Source: a virus (taxonomy: Duplodnaviria; Heunggongvirae; Uroviricota; Caudoviricetes). Taken from it: a stretch of DNA of 64,000 nt. Positions 28,306 to 39,044 of the stretch are shown piece after piece. The notes under the pieces are model-generated. The model saw nothing but the letters and a program-made list of their open reading frames with translations, had not been told where the DNA came from and searched no databases. The stretch covers positions 2,619 through 66,618 of the IMG/VR virus record IMGVR_UViG_3300037751_000382, one strand, 5' to 3'. The position numbers and the translations under genes were made by a program. Every line of letters starts with the position of its first letter. Position 1 is the stretch's first letter.

Positions 28306-31268
28306 GAACAGTTACCGCTAATATGTCAAGTAAATTAACACAAAAACTTGGCACAGAACCACTATTGATTGTCGAAGTCGAATGGGTTGAAGGTTCAAAT
28401 ATTCAATATTGTGATCGTAAAATCAATAATTCTCCATACCCTTATCCAAAAGTAATTAGCATTGGCGGATTTGATTCCTCAATGAAATTAAGTGGCGCCT
28501 CAGATAGCCAAGAAATAGTAGTCACTTTAGATGATACAGATGGCTCAATAAAAACTATTTACAGTGAAAATGATATACATAAAAGACCTGCAAGCATTTA
28601 TCTAGTTTATGATAGTCCAAGCGATTTTAACATTGTTACTGATAAAGTATTATTATTTACAGGTGAAATAGTAACACCTTTTGAATGGGGAGAAAGTGAT
28701 AGAACTGTTTCATTTACAATTCTTTCTAAATTAGAAGATACTGAAGTAGGTTTTTCAATGGAAGAGGGAAACTTTCCAAATATACCTGATGAAGCGTTAG
28801 GGAAAGCGTGGCCATTGGTTTTTGGACAAGTTTGTAATATCCCAGCTGTACAAGTAAGAGCCCCTAGAAGAGGTTATTTATTACATGGTACAGGTATCCA
28901 TGATTTTACTTTACGCGATCGATTGGCACAAGCACATTTAATTCAGTGTCCGGTAACTGACGCCGGCACACAATTAACTTTAGAAAGAACACCTGAAGGT
29001 GTGACCAAAACATCTGAACGAGTATATGTACCTGAAAAAAATTGTGTAGTTCGTCGAGCCAGAGAAATTTGTAAAGTCAATGATTTACTTACACAACAAT
29101 TATCCTTTGAAACTGCTACTATTGATATTTACAATGGCATAAATTTTCCACAAGCCCAAGTACTTACACTTCATGTTAATGATGCAAAATTTACTGGATC
29201 GTTTAGCGGGAATATTTTCACCATAACAAATCGAATACATCCTGATTTTGATGATATTGGAATACAAACAGTAACTGATACAGGTACCCGGCATTATACC
29301 GCGATTTATAGTGTTCCTACTACTAATTGGGTGCCAACGGGTAATATCACTACATTAGCTGATGCGACACACGTAAAATATAATGGAAGTGTAGAAGATT
29401 CTTTAAATGAGTGTGGTACAACTGCACCAAGATTAAGTTCAGACGGAGGTCCAGCGGAATCTTGGGATGCTTATGCAAATATGAAAACTTCCAATTTCTT
29501 TTGGGCAGCAGCTGGAAGTGAAGTTTATATTGAAGCTGAAGCAGAAATTCTTTTTATTGTAAGTCTTTTGCCGGGTACAGTTGATAGAGTTTGTGCTTAT
29601 AGAACACTAACAGATGGCTCGAAACTTCTTATGGAAGTTCCTCCGGCTTATTATACTGTTTATGAAACAGATTATATAGGTTACCAGGTAGTTGAAATTG
29701 GTTTAGCGAAAAAATTAAGCTCTATTGAAGATAATTGGGATGATCAATTATTTGTGTCTTTTACGTCAAGTGTAGGCCCTAACCCAGTCGATATAATTGA
29801 ATATTTAGTTGAAAAATATACTGATTTAACAATAAATACTACATCTTTTGATTCTGTTAAAACAGATATGACAAATTATCCTTGTAATTTTTACGTGTTA
29901 GACAGGAGAAGTGTTTATCAAGTAATACAAGATATTGCTTATCAAAGTCGATGTCAAGTTTTCATAAGAAATGAAGAAATTTTTATTGTTTATTTGTCCC
30001 GCGAACCTAGTTCAGTTAGAACAATTAGTGAGGATGACATTTTATTAAGTTCGTTTAAAGAATCACTTAGTGACACTAATGATATTTATACAACACACAA
30101 AATTACATATCAAAAAGGTGGCGCGAGGTTACATGAAGCTGATCCAATTGATTTTAGATTCTTTTTAAAATATAATGTTAAAAAATATGGGACAAGAATT
30201 TTAGAAGATAATTTTTATATATATAATTTAAGTAGTATTGTGTTAAAATCAGCTACTTTCTGGTTAATTAGGAAATCTAATGTCTGGAAAAAAGTCGAAT
30301 TTAAAGTTCCAATGCGACATATTGATCTCGATGTTACAGATTGTATTACAATTAACATTGCACAATTTTCTTCTACTTTGGTTAAATGTATTATAGAACA
30401 AATGCAATTTGATCCGGTCCAAAATATTATTTCCATAGTATGTTGGACTCCTATACGAATAGGCGAAACTTCCCCTTATTTTTGGGCTTGGCCATCACAA
30501 CAAAATCAATTGACAATATGGCCTTTACCTGGGGATATTAATGGAGGGGCTGGATATGATTTTGAAGTTACTCCTCCAATTGGTCACATATTAACAGGGG
30601 GTCAAGATAATGAAGATCAATTACAATTAATTACGGGAGATCAACACCCTTCTGATTTAGATGACACCATACCCACTTTATTTTGTGAATTTTCAGAGAC
30701 GTTTGATCCAAAGGATATTGATCCTAATATTGGTGATGCTGATGGTCCATTGGACCCAGAACCCTTACTTAATGAGACAATAACCACTGGTTTAGAAACA
30801 CCTATGAGTGATGGCCCAAGCACCGGTGCATTGGACACAGGATTTAATGCTAAAGATGATGATAAACAAGCCGAAGTTTGTGGGCACCCCATATACGGGG
30901 GATGTGGTTTCGGAGTGGTCCGATACTTTCATATGAGTACAACTCAACATAACAATGGTGCATGTGTATGTGGAGGTGGAAAAAGTTGTTCTGGTCCAAT
31001 ATGGAGTTTTTGCAATACATTTGGAACAAAATGGGCGGCACAAATGATGTTGGATTATGCTAGAGCCAATGCTAAAACATTTGCTGATAACTGGGATTGT
31101 ATGGAGACCCATGAAATACCTCCAAGTGGAAATATTCTATCTGCACGATCCGAAGACCCTATAACAGGTCACCGTTGTGATTCTGATGCAGTTGGAGAAG
31201 GAATTGGCACCGAAGTTAATAGTGGCGTGCCCGGACCTACAGCTCCTGAGGGTTTTACACCCCCATGA
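28302..31268 (+). CDS. large tail (tip/spike-like) protein with Cys-rich C-terminal domain
   Basis: 988 aa. C-terminal CGHPIYGGCGFGVV...NGACVCGGGKSCSGPIWSFC cluster. Confidence 0.4.
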   Translation: MRTVTANMSSKLTQKLGTEPLLIVEVEWVEGSNIQYCDRKINNSPYPYPKVISIGGFDSSMKLSGASDSQEIVVTLDDTDGSIKTIYSENDIHKRPASIYLVYDSPSDFNIVTDKVLLFTGEIVTPFEWGESDRTVSFTILSKLEDTEVGFSMEEGNFPNIPDEALGKAWPLVFGQVCNIPAVQVRAPRRGYLLHGTGIHDFTLRDRLAQAHLIQCPVTDAGTQLTLERTPEGVTKTSERVYVPEKNCVVRRAREICKVNDLLTQQLSFETATIDIYNGINFPQAQVLTLHVNDAKFTGSFSGNIFTITNRIHPDFDDIGIQTVTDTGTRHYTAIYSVPTTNWVPTGNITTLADATHVKYNGSVEDSLNECGTTAPRLSSDGGPAESWDAYANMKTSNFFWAAAGSEVYIEAEAEILFIVSLLPGTVDRVCAYRTLTDGSKLLMEVPPAYYTVYETDYIGYQVVEIGLAKKLSSIEDNWDDQLFVSFTSSVGPNPVDIIEYLVEKYTDLTINTTSFDSVKTDMTNYPCNFYVLDRRSVYQVIQDIAYQSRCQVFIRNEEIFIVYLSREPSSVRTISEDDILLSSFKESLSDTNDIYTTHKITYQKGGARLHEADPIDFRFFLKYNVKKYGTRILEDNFYIYNLSSIVLKSATFWLIRKSNVWKKVEFKVPMRHIDLDVTDCITINIAQFSSTLVKCIIEQMQFDPVQNIISIVCWTPIRIGETSPYFWAWPSQQNQLTIWPLPGDINGGAGYDFEVTPPIGHILTGGQDNEDQLQLITGDQHPSDLDDTIPTLFCEFSETFDPKDIDPNIGDADGPLDPEPLLNETITTGLETPMSDGPSTGALDTGFNAKDDDKQAEVCGHPIYGGCGFGVVRYFHMSTTQHNNGACVCGGGKSCSGPIWSFCNTFGTKWAAQMMLDYARANAKTFADNWDCMETHEIPPSGNILSARSEDPITGHRCDSDAVGEGIGTEVNSGVPGPTAPEGFTPP

Positions 31269-31717
31269 TAGAATGTTCTAAAAGACAGAAAATTGTTAGT
31301 AGGCCCAGTAATAATATTAAACATAAATGTTTAAATTTAGCTGCTAATGATTACTTGCAAATAGTTACTGAGGAAATATGTAATAATTGTCCTGTAAGAG
31401 TTTATAGTAAAAAATCGCTTTGTAAAAAGGTATTACCTAAACCAGATTGTCCAGATTGTAATAAAAAACCGGCTTGGCCGAGTTTATCTAATTTGGCAAT
31501 GGTTTGGAGAGAGGCTATTAATAAATGGAGAAAAGCAGGTAAACCTAAACGATCCGATGACGAAGTACATAATATAGTTGTTAATCACTGTGAAAAATGT
31601 GATTGGTATGAAAACAGAAGGTGTAGAGGTTGCGGATGTAATGTTAATGAATGGTCAGTAGCTGTTCTCAATAAAGCTAGAATGGCCACTGAACACTGTC
31701 CAAAAGGATACTGGTAA
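31265..31717 (+). CDS. Cys-rich zinc-binding protein
   Basis: Several CxxC pairs (CNNCP, CPDCN, CEKCDW, CRGCGC). Confidence 0.35.
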   Translation: MIECSKRQKIVSRPSNNIKHKCLNLAANDYLQIVTEEICNNCPVRVYSKKSLCKKVLPKPDCPDCNKKPAWPSLSNLAMVWREAINKWRKAGKPKRSDDEVHNIVVNHCEKCDWYENRRCRGCGCNVNEWSVAVLNKARMATEHCPKGYW

Positions 31718-31729
31718 AGGTAATAAGTT

Positions 31730-32278
31730 ATGGATGCTTTTGCATGGCTAGGGGAAGTATTCCAAGCATTACTTTCTTTTGTTCCAAGAAGAGTAATTGT
31801 TAGATCAACTCATGGGGGCGTAAAATGGAGAATGTTACGAGGGCCGAAGGAATTAAAACCAGGGGTACGATGGTACTGGCCACTAATAAGTGAAATAGAA
31901 ATTATTCCGGTGGCGCGTCAAACTCTTAATTTACAACCACAAGCTTTAGTCACAAAAGAAGGAAAAGAAGTAGTAGTTGGAGGAGTTGTAGTATATTCCA
32001 TAAGTGACGTGGTAATGGCGATTGGCGAGCGCAATTTTGATGTTGATACAACAGTCAACGATATTTCTCAATGCGCGATAGTCGAAGTCATTACCACTGT
32101 AGAATTTAAAGAGTTACTAAATAACCTTAAAAAGATAGAGAATGAATTAACTAAAACTTGTAAAAGGCAATTAAAACATTTTGGTGTTTTGATTCACAGG
32201 GTTGCATTAACTGATTTCTCGCCCTGTAGATCATTAAATATTATGGGTATTTATCCATCTCAAGTACTAAGCCCTTAA
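31730..32278 (+). CDS. SPFH/band-7 (stomatin/prohibitin-like) domain protein
   Basis: RVIVRSTHGGVKWRMLRGPKELKPGVRWYWPLISEIEIIPVARQTLNL...VVVYSISD follows the SPFH core pattern. Confidence 0.45.
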   Translation: MDAFAWLGEVFQALLSFVPRRVIVRSTHGGVKWRMLRGPKELKPGVRWYWPLISEIEIIPVARQTLNLQPQALVTKEGKEVVVGGVVVYSISDVVMAIGERNFDVDTTVNDISQCAIVEVITTVEFKELLNNLKKIENELTKTCKRQLKHFGVLIHRVALTDFSPCRSLNIMGIYPSQVLSP

Positions 32279-32405
32279 AAAGGAACCTATTAATGTCGTG
32301 TAAAACATGTGGTCGTCCTAGTAAACCAGGGAATAAAATAAAGACACAAGGCAGTTTGCGTAAAGCGAAACGGGCCGAGCAACGGGCAATGTCACGCGGT
32401 AAATA

Positions 32406-33041
32406 TTAATATTTAGCGCCAAGGGCTAATATTAATTTCTTGTAAACTTTAGCTGTGGCAATTGCGTCATCCAATGAGTTATGTTTATTTGTATATTCTA
32501 TCCCTAATTTAGTACAAACCTTGGACAAACTGACACTTGCAAATGGGCATAATCTGCCGTGCCAAGCTGCTAGATCATTTAATAATGTGGTGATTACCAT
32601 TGGGTCTCTGTACTGCCCTAGAAAAAATTGGTTAAATGTTTCTAAACCCAACCAATGCTCAATAAAAGCTTTGTCGAATGGCCAATTAAAAGCTAAAGGT
32701 GCGATTCGCTTACCTTCTGGTAATTCTAGGTTTGTGAACCAATCGTCAAGAAGATCGGCTACTCTATATTTGTCAAGAGCGTTTAGCTCCAAAAATTCTT
32801 GTGTGATTTTTGTCTTTTTTTGTGCCTCAATCTCATATCGATCAAAATGTTTAGGAAGAATATAAAAAGAGAAAAAGGGATATTGTTCACTTATTTCAAA
32901 TTCATTATTTAAAGGGATTATAGAGATTTGAGTTAGTTCATTATATCCAGACATGAGACCAGTAGTCTCTGAATCAATTGCACAAAGAAGATTTCCATTA
33001 AGTGTAAGTAGCCCTGAAGGAACAACCATTTTGATCTCCAA
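32406..33041 (-). CDS. DEDDh 3'-5' exonuclease (DnaQ/epsilon-like)
   Basis: Exo I AIDSETTGL, Exo II NWPFDKAF, Exo III HNSLDDAIATAKVY (H-x4-D). Confidence 0.7.
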   Translation of the reverse strand: MEIKMVVPSGLLTLNGNLLCAIDSETTGLMSGYNELTQISIIPLNNEFEISEQYPFFSFYILPKHFDRYEIEAQKKTKITQEFLELNALDKYRVADLLDDWFTNLELPEGKRIAPLAFNWPFDKAFIEHWLGLETFNQFFLGQYRDPMVITTLLNDLAAWHGRLCPFASVSLSKVCTKLGIEYTNKHNSLDDAIATAKVYKKLILALGAKY

Positions 33042-33083
33042 TAAAATGTAAAAGTGAAATTGTTTATGTAACTTAATTGTAAT

Positions 33084-33707
33084 TCAAGTTACTAATGACT
33101 TCAAAAGATATTTAGTCGCAGTTTCAGTGATCGTCGGCGAATTTTTAAGCATTCCAATTCCTACATTACAACAGTTACAGAGTATACCACGAATACTCCT
33201 TGTTTCATGACAGTGATCAATACACCAACCCTTTTTACCTGGTTCTAAAGTACCGCAAATCTTACAAGTTCCATTTTGCTCTTGCAACATTTTATTAAAA
33301 CACTCATTGTCAACCCCATATTTTCTTAGTTTCTTTTGAGCTGAAATCTTATCTTTATTCTCTTGATTGTATTGTTTTGTTTGGGTTAAAATTTTCTCTC
33401 TATTATTTTGATAGTGTTCCTTCTTTTTGGCTTTGACTTTTTCTTCATTATCATGTCTATATTGTTTCATTTGGATTGAAATTTTCTCTTTATTATCTTG
33501 ACAGTATTTCTTTTGTCGGGATACTAATTTTTCTTTATTATTGTGTCTATATTGTTTAACACGAGCTAAAATTTTTTCTTTATTAGTTTGATAGTAGTTC
33601 TTACTTCGGGCACTAATTTTCTCTTTATTATCTTGATAGTATTGCTTCTTGTAAGCCACCACTTTCTCTTTATTGTCGTGATCTTGATCTTGATCTTTTG
33701 TGTTCAT
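33084..33707 (-). CDS. HNH homing endonuclease (endonuclease VII family) with six KxYYQxNKEKI repeats and no zinc ribbon
   Basis: GTCKICGTLEPGKKGWCIDHCHETRSIRGILCNCCNVGIGMLKN. Repeats encoded by roughly 60-bp DNA repeats at 33330-33690. Confidence 0.65.
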   Translation of the reverse strand: MNTKDQDQDHDNKEKVVAYKKQYYQDNKEKISARSKNYYQTNKEKILARVKQYRHNNKEKLVSRQKKYCQDNKEKISIQMKQYRHDNEEKVKAKKKEHYQNNREKILTQTKQYNQENKDKISAQKKLRKYGVDNECFNKMLQEQNGTCKICGTLEPGKKGWCIDHCHETRSIRGILCNCCNVGIGMLKNSPTITETATKYLLKSLVT

Positions 33708-33756
33708 CTATACATTCTCTCTCTCTTTCTCTAATGTTTAAAATTTTCAAGTTAAT

Positions 33757-34176
33757 TTAATTGTTTTCATTATGACCTTTAAAAGCATGTTCAAGGTATG
33801 ATTTAAATTGAGTCCATTCCTTTGGTCTATCATCGCCTTCCTTGAAAGTGTAATAATAGTGAATTAACATAAGAAGATTTGCCATAACATGATCCAAATG
33901 TAATTCACCTGATTCGGGATCATTGTCTTCTAAACAATACCAAAACTTTTCTAAGTGGCGTTGTAAACACTCGAAAGGTATTGACCAATTACTCCCCTTG
34001 GTCCAATTCCAAGCTGCATACTTTTTATACCCAAATTCAAATACTCTGGCGACTCCTGAAAATAAAATCATTGGTACTAGGGACAGTTTTACCTTGCCTT
34101 TAGTGGCCCGCGCTGTAGTTCCCCTATCCGTACTATCAATATCTCCTACATTATACTTATTTTCCAAATTTTTCAT
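33757..34176 (-). CDS. dATP/dGTP pyrophosphohydrolase-like protein (PF04447-like; by recollection)
   Basis: KVKLSLVPMILFSGVARVFEFGYKKYAAWNWTKG...DPESGELHLDHVMANLLMLIHYY resembles the phage dATP_dGTP_PPHyd N-terminal domain as recalled. Confidence 0.4.
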   Translation of the reverse strand: MKNLENKYNVGDIDSTDRGTTARATKGKVKLSLVPMILFSGVARVFEFGYKKYAAWNWTKGSNWSIPFECLQRHLEKFWYCLEDNDPESGELHLDHVMANLLMLIHYYYTFKEGDDRPKEWTQFKSYLEHAFKGHNENN

Positions 34177-36952
34177 AAATTATTTCTCTTTCTTCTTTGA
34201 TCAATTTACCATTTCTTACTATAAAATTACTACTTTCCTTTAACTCTTCAAACGATAAATTTCCAATGGCGACTTGATTATTATTAAATCTTCCTACTGG
34301 GAATCTCTCGGAGAGTTTTTTTCGTACTATATTTTTAGTAAATCTGCTTTTTTCAAAAGCATCTACTTTTTCTATAAACTTATCATAGAACTCTTGTAAT
34401 AAAATAAATGTTCCAGATATCTCAAAACAATGAGCATTAATAAATTCTTCTAAAGCGTCCCTATTGTTAGCAGCTGCAGTTAACTTTGTTTCAGTGTTAA
34501 TATAGGGAAGTCTTAATCTACCAGTAGCAGCTGAAGGGAAAGGCATTTTCATAAATGTATGCATGATATCCGGGGCTTCATCCCTTAAATGATCTATTAG
34601 TGTTCCTTTTGGAATTTCGTTCTCAATTTGATCTACATATAAAGCAGTAACTCTTTTATCATCGCCAAAAATAGGTAAGGATGAAAGAGTGTTTGACATT
34701 TGAACTAAATGTAATGAACTCCGCATTTGGATTACAGGTTTAAATTTTGCATGTATGCTTATGTTCAACCCGGTAGTCCACTCCTTCAACTTATTATAAG
34801 CATTTAACCCAGCTCGACTAACATCAACCTCATCGACAACTCCGAGCACCGCATTTGCCAGCTCCCCATTAAAATCATTTTGATTAGTTAACGCCCTATC
34901 AGCTTTCACCACCCCATTACTAATTAATAGATCAATAGCTTCATGAAAAACAGATTTACCAGTACTTTGTTCCCCATAAAAGAATAAATATGGAAGTTTC
35001 TCAAAAGGCTCTCTAAGCATAACAGAAACCCATGCCTTTAGATAATCTCCGCCTGTAACGATTCCCCAATCACTACACCAAGGATATTGAGGAATATATT
35101 CATTTAACTCTTGTCCAAGGTGTTCAAAAATTAAATCCCAGTGAGGGTGATTAGGTGCTTCATCATTATCTAATGCTCGTGGGGAATAGATTAATTGTGG
35201 TGCTTTGTAATTCCATTCCCTGCCACCTGGATACTCTTCCCTAAAAGGAATGTTTACATGTGTCCAGGCATTATTAGCTGCTAACCCAAAATATTGTGTT
35301 AAGAGATTATTATTTAATCCATATACGCCTTTAAGAATTTTTGAGATATTTGCTTCTGTATGTATTACCCATTTACCAGTTGCATCTTTAAAGAACCATG
35401 TAGAAGCAGAACCTCCCATGCTCCCAGTATCAGTCACATCGACTTCTTTTACCAATCTTAATTTATTATCTATTGTAACAAATAAATCTGGATCATCTCT
35501 TTCATTTGTTATTTTTTCATTTAAGACTTTTATGAAAAATTTACCTTTGCGAATCCAGGTTTTAAATTCTGTAACAAAATCTTCTTCATCCCGTGACTTA
35601 GCTTCAGTTTCAATAACTAACCTATTTTCGGCTCCCTTATTAGAAAGATAGAATGTTCTTATTAGTTCTTCAGGTACTTGGTAATCTGCCCCTATATAAG
35701 ATAAAGCTAAATTTAGTGAAGATACATTATCAAACATAAATTTATTCTTATCTAAATGATCTTTTCCTCCGGCCCCTATACAGGCCAATCGTAATGTAGG
35801 GATTTGATTATAAGGTAAAAAAGTCCATTTCCCTTGATCACTCCATAAAGGATGTTCTTTTGTGCCTTCTCCAAAACGGTAAACATTCCAGCCGCCGTTA
35901 ACAACTGGGCGTAGAAAACAATTCGGTTTACCTGGATCACTTCCAGGGGCGTTCGTTTCAAAAGGACCTTTCATTGGATGTCCATTTTCTGCCCATTTCC
36001 TATGTACATTTTTTAAAGCTACTGTATGAGTCTGAAGTAAATGGTGATCGTGTACCCAACATACACTATAACCTGATTGTTCTAAATCATTGATAATGGC
36101 TTTGTGGACATCATCAAGTTCAATTTTCAGACTTTCCTTAGTCATATCATCTAGTTCATCACCTTTAGTTAGACCATTAGAAGTGTATCCTTGAACCTTT
36201 ACTTTCGTTCTGTTACCTGTTGTTACATCCAAATGATCTTTCCAGTTAGGAGGTACATCTTTACTAATTAATATAGGTCCAGAAGATGGCTTTAAAAGTT
36301 TATAACCTTCGGGAGTAGAGTTTTTATGATATAGCCAAAGTATCTGGCCACAAACATCCATGTGAATTTGAAAATTAAACCCAGTATCAAAAGACATTTT
36401 AGATAACATGGCTCTGGCAAGAGCAGCATGTTCAGTATGTGTATTAGTCTTTGGAGCGTCCAGTGGATTAAAAAAGATGTACAAATGTCTCCCATTACCT
36501 CTGGTAGATTTAAAAACTGTACAATAAGGAGGAGATTTTTCAACAATTTTAACTAAATCATTTTCTGTGACTCCGATACCGTTTGCATGGCCTATAATAG
36601 AATCAAAATCAAAACCAACCCAATATGATTCTTTAGTTTTCCAATTCCAACCAGTGCTACCGATTGCTTGAAGATGTTTGGAAAGATCAAAAGTAATTGG
36701 ATAATCGTTCCATTCAGGGGAGGAGGTATTAGCTTTGTACGGCCAACGAACATGTTTCCAAGTCTCATCTCCATCAGACCAGATATTTTTACTATCTATT
36801 TGTTGTTGCTTTGTGCCAGGTACAACCATTATCTGGGTTTCAAGGGCTTCCAATTGAGTGTGCCAAAGATCAAAAAGATCAGGGTTATTATGATTTAAAC
36901 GAATATGATTACCATATTCCTTGAAAGCGGTCCATATCGTATTATTATTCAT
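34157..36952 (-). CDS. bifunctional primase-polymerase (AEP)/SF3 helicase, D5-like
   Basis: N-terminal GFDFDSI...STRGNGRHLYIFF (Prim-Pol motifs). C-terminal Walker A FFYGEQSTGKSVF and Walker B VLGVVDEVD. 931 aa. Confidence 0.65.
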   Translation of the reverse strand: MNNNTIWTAFKEYGNHIRLNHNNPDLFDLWHTQLEALETQIMVVPGTKQQQIDSKNIWSDGDETWKHVRWPYKANTSSPEWNDYPITFDLSKHLQAIGSTGWNWKTKESYWVGFDFDSIIGHANGIGVTENDLVKIVEKSPPYCTVFKSTRGNGRHLYIFFNPLDAPKTNTHTEHAALARAMLSKMSFDTGFNFQIHMDVCGQILWLYHKNSTPEGYKLLKPSSGPILISKDVPPNWKDHLDVTTGNRTKVKVQGYTSNGLTKGDELDDMTKESLKIELDDVHKAIINDLEQSGYSVCWVHDHHLLQTHTVALKNVHRKWAENGHPMKGPFETNAPGSDPGKPNCFLRPVVNGGWNVYRFGEGTKEHPLWSDQGKWTFLPYNQIPTLRLACIGAGGKDHLDKNKFMFDNVSSLNLALSYIGADYQVPEELIRTFYLSNKGAENRLVIETEAKSRDEEDFVTEFKTWIRKGKFFIKVLNEKITNERDDPDLFVTIDNKLRLVKEVDVTDTGSMGGSASTWFFKDATGKWVIHTEANISKILKGVYGLNNNLLTQYFGLAANNAWTHVNIPFREEYPGGREWNYKAPQLIYSPRALDNDEAPNHPHWDLIFEHLGQELNEYIPQYPWCSDWGIVTGGDYLKAWVSVMLREPFEKLPYLFFYGEQSTGKSVFHEAIDLLISNGVVKADRALTNQNDFNGELANAVLGVVDEVDVSRAGLNAYNKLKEWTTGLNISIHAKFKPVIQMRSSLHLVQMSNTLSSLPIFGDDKRVTALYVDQIENEIPKGTLIDHLRDEAPDIMHTFMKMPFPSAATGRLRLPYINTETKLTAAANNRDALEEFINAHCFEISGTFILLQEFYDKFIEKVDAFEKSRFTKNIVRKKLSERFPVGRFNNNQVAIGNLSFEELKESSNFIVRNGKLIKEEREIIYEKFGK

Positions 36953-37388
36953 AAATTAAGAGGTCCTATTATCTTATCCTATCAAAATTTGTTATTTGTA
37001 AAAATAAATTTAAAACAAAACAAAGTATAAAGGATACAAAAGTCTTTTTATTATAAAATTTTTGGTTAATTGCGTACATTTATGTGTATTATAATAATTA
37101 TTTCTGTATAAAATATAAATTATAGGGATTATAGGATTAATCATAATGATTCTAATGATTATAATTTGGTGTTACTCTACCCTTTTATTACTATATAAAT
37201 ATAACTTTTACTTTTACTTTTACTTTTACTTTCATGTGATTAGAATAATAGTAAAATGAGAGTAACATAATAAAAGGACCTCCGAATCTTTTTAGTTTAG
37301 TTTAATTTACAGTAACTTTTATTAAAATTATGTTCACTTTATTTCGACGCGGTGGGAATTTTGATAGGATAAGTTAATAGAGGCAGTA
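36953..37388. promoter_or_regulatory. origin-like AT-rich intergenic region between divergent replication genes
   Basis: Bounded by a 17-bp perfect inverted repeat (cttatcctatcaaaatt at 36973-36989, aattttgataggataag at 37357-37373). Contains (ttttac)x4 at 37206-37229 and the palindrome aatcataatgatt. Confidence 0.5.
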
Positions 37389-38330
37389 ATGGGAACAATA
37401 ATTGGCACTAAAGATATTTTGGTTAAGGAAATACAGGAATGTAGATTTATGCTTCGTTCTGTACTTCCTTTATCCATGGATTATCAAGAATTAAAAACAT
37501 CTGTACGAAGACATGGAATTTTACAATCTTTATTGGTTCGACCAATAACGACAAATGAAATTAAATATAAATATGAAATAGTTGATGGAAGTTGGAGATT
37601 TGATGTCGCAAAAAAGTTGCACATGGCAGAAGTACCATGTATAATTGGAGAGTTTACTGATGAGGAAGTACTTGAGCTACAAATAAATACAAATTCAATT
37701 AGAGCAATTACGCCCGACATAAAGTATGCGGAACGTTTACACTATATTTTTGCAAATTCTAATATTACACTAAGTGAACTAGCTTTTAAACTAAATAAAA
37801 GTGAAACTTGGATACGAGGTGTTTTAAGATTAATACATTTAGATAAGGATGCAGAACCCTATTTACAAAAAGGGACAGTATCTCTAGCTGCCGCAGAAAC
37901 TTTAGCACGTGTACCATTGGGTTTACAAAAACCTTTAATACATGATGCTGTGACAATGAATACCAATGAATTTGTCACAAAAGCACGAGAAGTGATAAAA
38001 AAGTATAGGGAGGATGTTAAGGAAAGCAGAGTTCTTGCTGAGGTTGACAGACAAAAAAGTCCACAACCTTCGTTAAGGTCTTTCAAAGTTATTGTGGAAG
38101 AGTTTATAAATAAACCAAATATGTTAACAGTTTTAAAAGAAGAAGGAGCAAACACAGCTGAAGAAGGGTGGTTGGCAGCCATAAAATGGGTTGTAAGCAT
38201 GGATAAAAGTGCTTATAGGAGTAAGCAAGAAGGAATCTATACTACAGGACGTGAACGTATGAATTCAATTAAATTACGACAAGAAAACAGACGATTTTTA
38301 GAAGAATTGGAGAAACAAAATGAGCGGTGA
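37389..38330 (+). CDS. ParB/sulfiredoxin-fold nuclease domain protein
   Basis: GILQSLLVRP...YEIVDGSWRFDVAKKLHMAEVPCII matches the ParB N-terminal domain. Confidence 0.6.
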   Translation: MGTIIGTKDILVKEIQECRFMLRSVLPLSMDYQELKTSVRRHGILQSLLVRPITTNEIKYKYEIVDGSWRFDVAKKLHMAEVPCIIGEFTDEEVLELQINTNSIRAITPDIKYAERLHYIFANSNITLSELAFKLNKSETWIRGVLRLIHLDKDAEPYLQKGTVSLAAAETLARVPLGLQKPLIHDAVTMNTNEFVTKAREVIKKYREDVKESRVLAEVDRQKSPQPSLRSFKVIVEEFINKPNMLTVLKEEGANTAEEGWLAAIKWVVSMDKSAYRSKQEGIYTTGRERMNSIKLRQENRRFLEELEKQNER

Positions 38331-38973
38331 ATTAGTTCCTTTTAGTGTTGATCAACTTCCGGCAGTTAGCACTGATCAACTTACAGAGTTAAAGAAATCA
38401 GCAACTGATTATCTTAAGCGACTTCAATTATATGGGTGTAATACTGACGTTTGCAAGGCAGGTAAGTTCCCTGCTGGCAATTGGGGTATTCCTTTAGGCG
38501 ATGAGAATATTCTTAATTTGGGTACTTCAATCGATATTCTCCCTATAGCCTTTGCTTATAAGGCTATGGATTTCACTGTAGGAGAGGAGCCTATCACAGT
38601 TTGGGGTAAAGATAAGGATGAGTATAAGCGTATCGCAGGACGTACAGGGAAGGGTTTTTATCACGGTCCTTCTTTCTTAGTGATTGAGCGTAGTACAGAT
38701 AGTTTGTATGAGTTATACTTTGGTAACACTTCCGGGCGACAAGAAGCCGGTAAGTTGGCACCATTTATTGCTGAACGTAAGCCATGTACTATTAGCATTT
38801 TCCTGAAGACTGGTAAGTATACATACCATGTGCCGGTTGTCAAGAAATGCTCAGAACCTATTGTAACAAAGCTTACTGGTGCCTCGGTATTGGATGCTAT
38901 TACAAAGTTCTTAGCCCCTAAGGAAGGCCCTGAGAAGGTTAAGGACGAAGAGAAGAAAGGTCGTGCTCGTTAA
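38320..38973 (+). CDS. hypothetical protein
   Basis: 217 aa, coupled to the ParB-like gene. No recognisable motif. Confidence 0.3.
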   Translation: MSGELVPFSVDQLPAVSTDQLTELKKSATDYLKRLQLYGCNTDVCKAGKFPAGNWGIPLGDENILNLGTSIDILPIAFAYKAMDFTVGEEPITVWGKDKDEYKRIAGRTGKGFYHGPSFLVIERSTDSLYELYFGNTSGRQEAGKLAPFIAERKPCTISIFLKTGKYTYHVPVVKKCSEPIVTKLTGASVLDAITKFLAPKEGPEKVKDEEKKGRAR

Positions 38974-39044
38974 TTCCTAGTAACACAATGACTACTATGT
39001 AGGCACTGTGTTACATTCTGCCCGGTGCCGCTTGTCGGCTTAAT

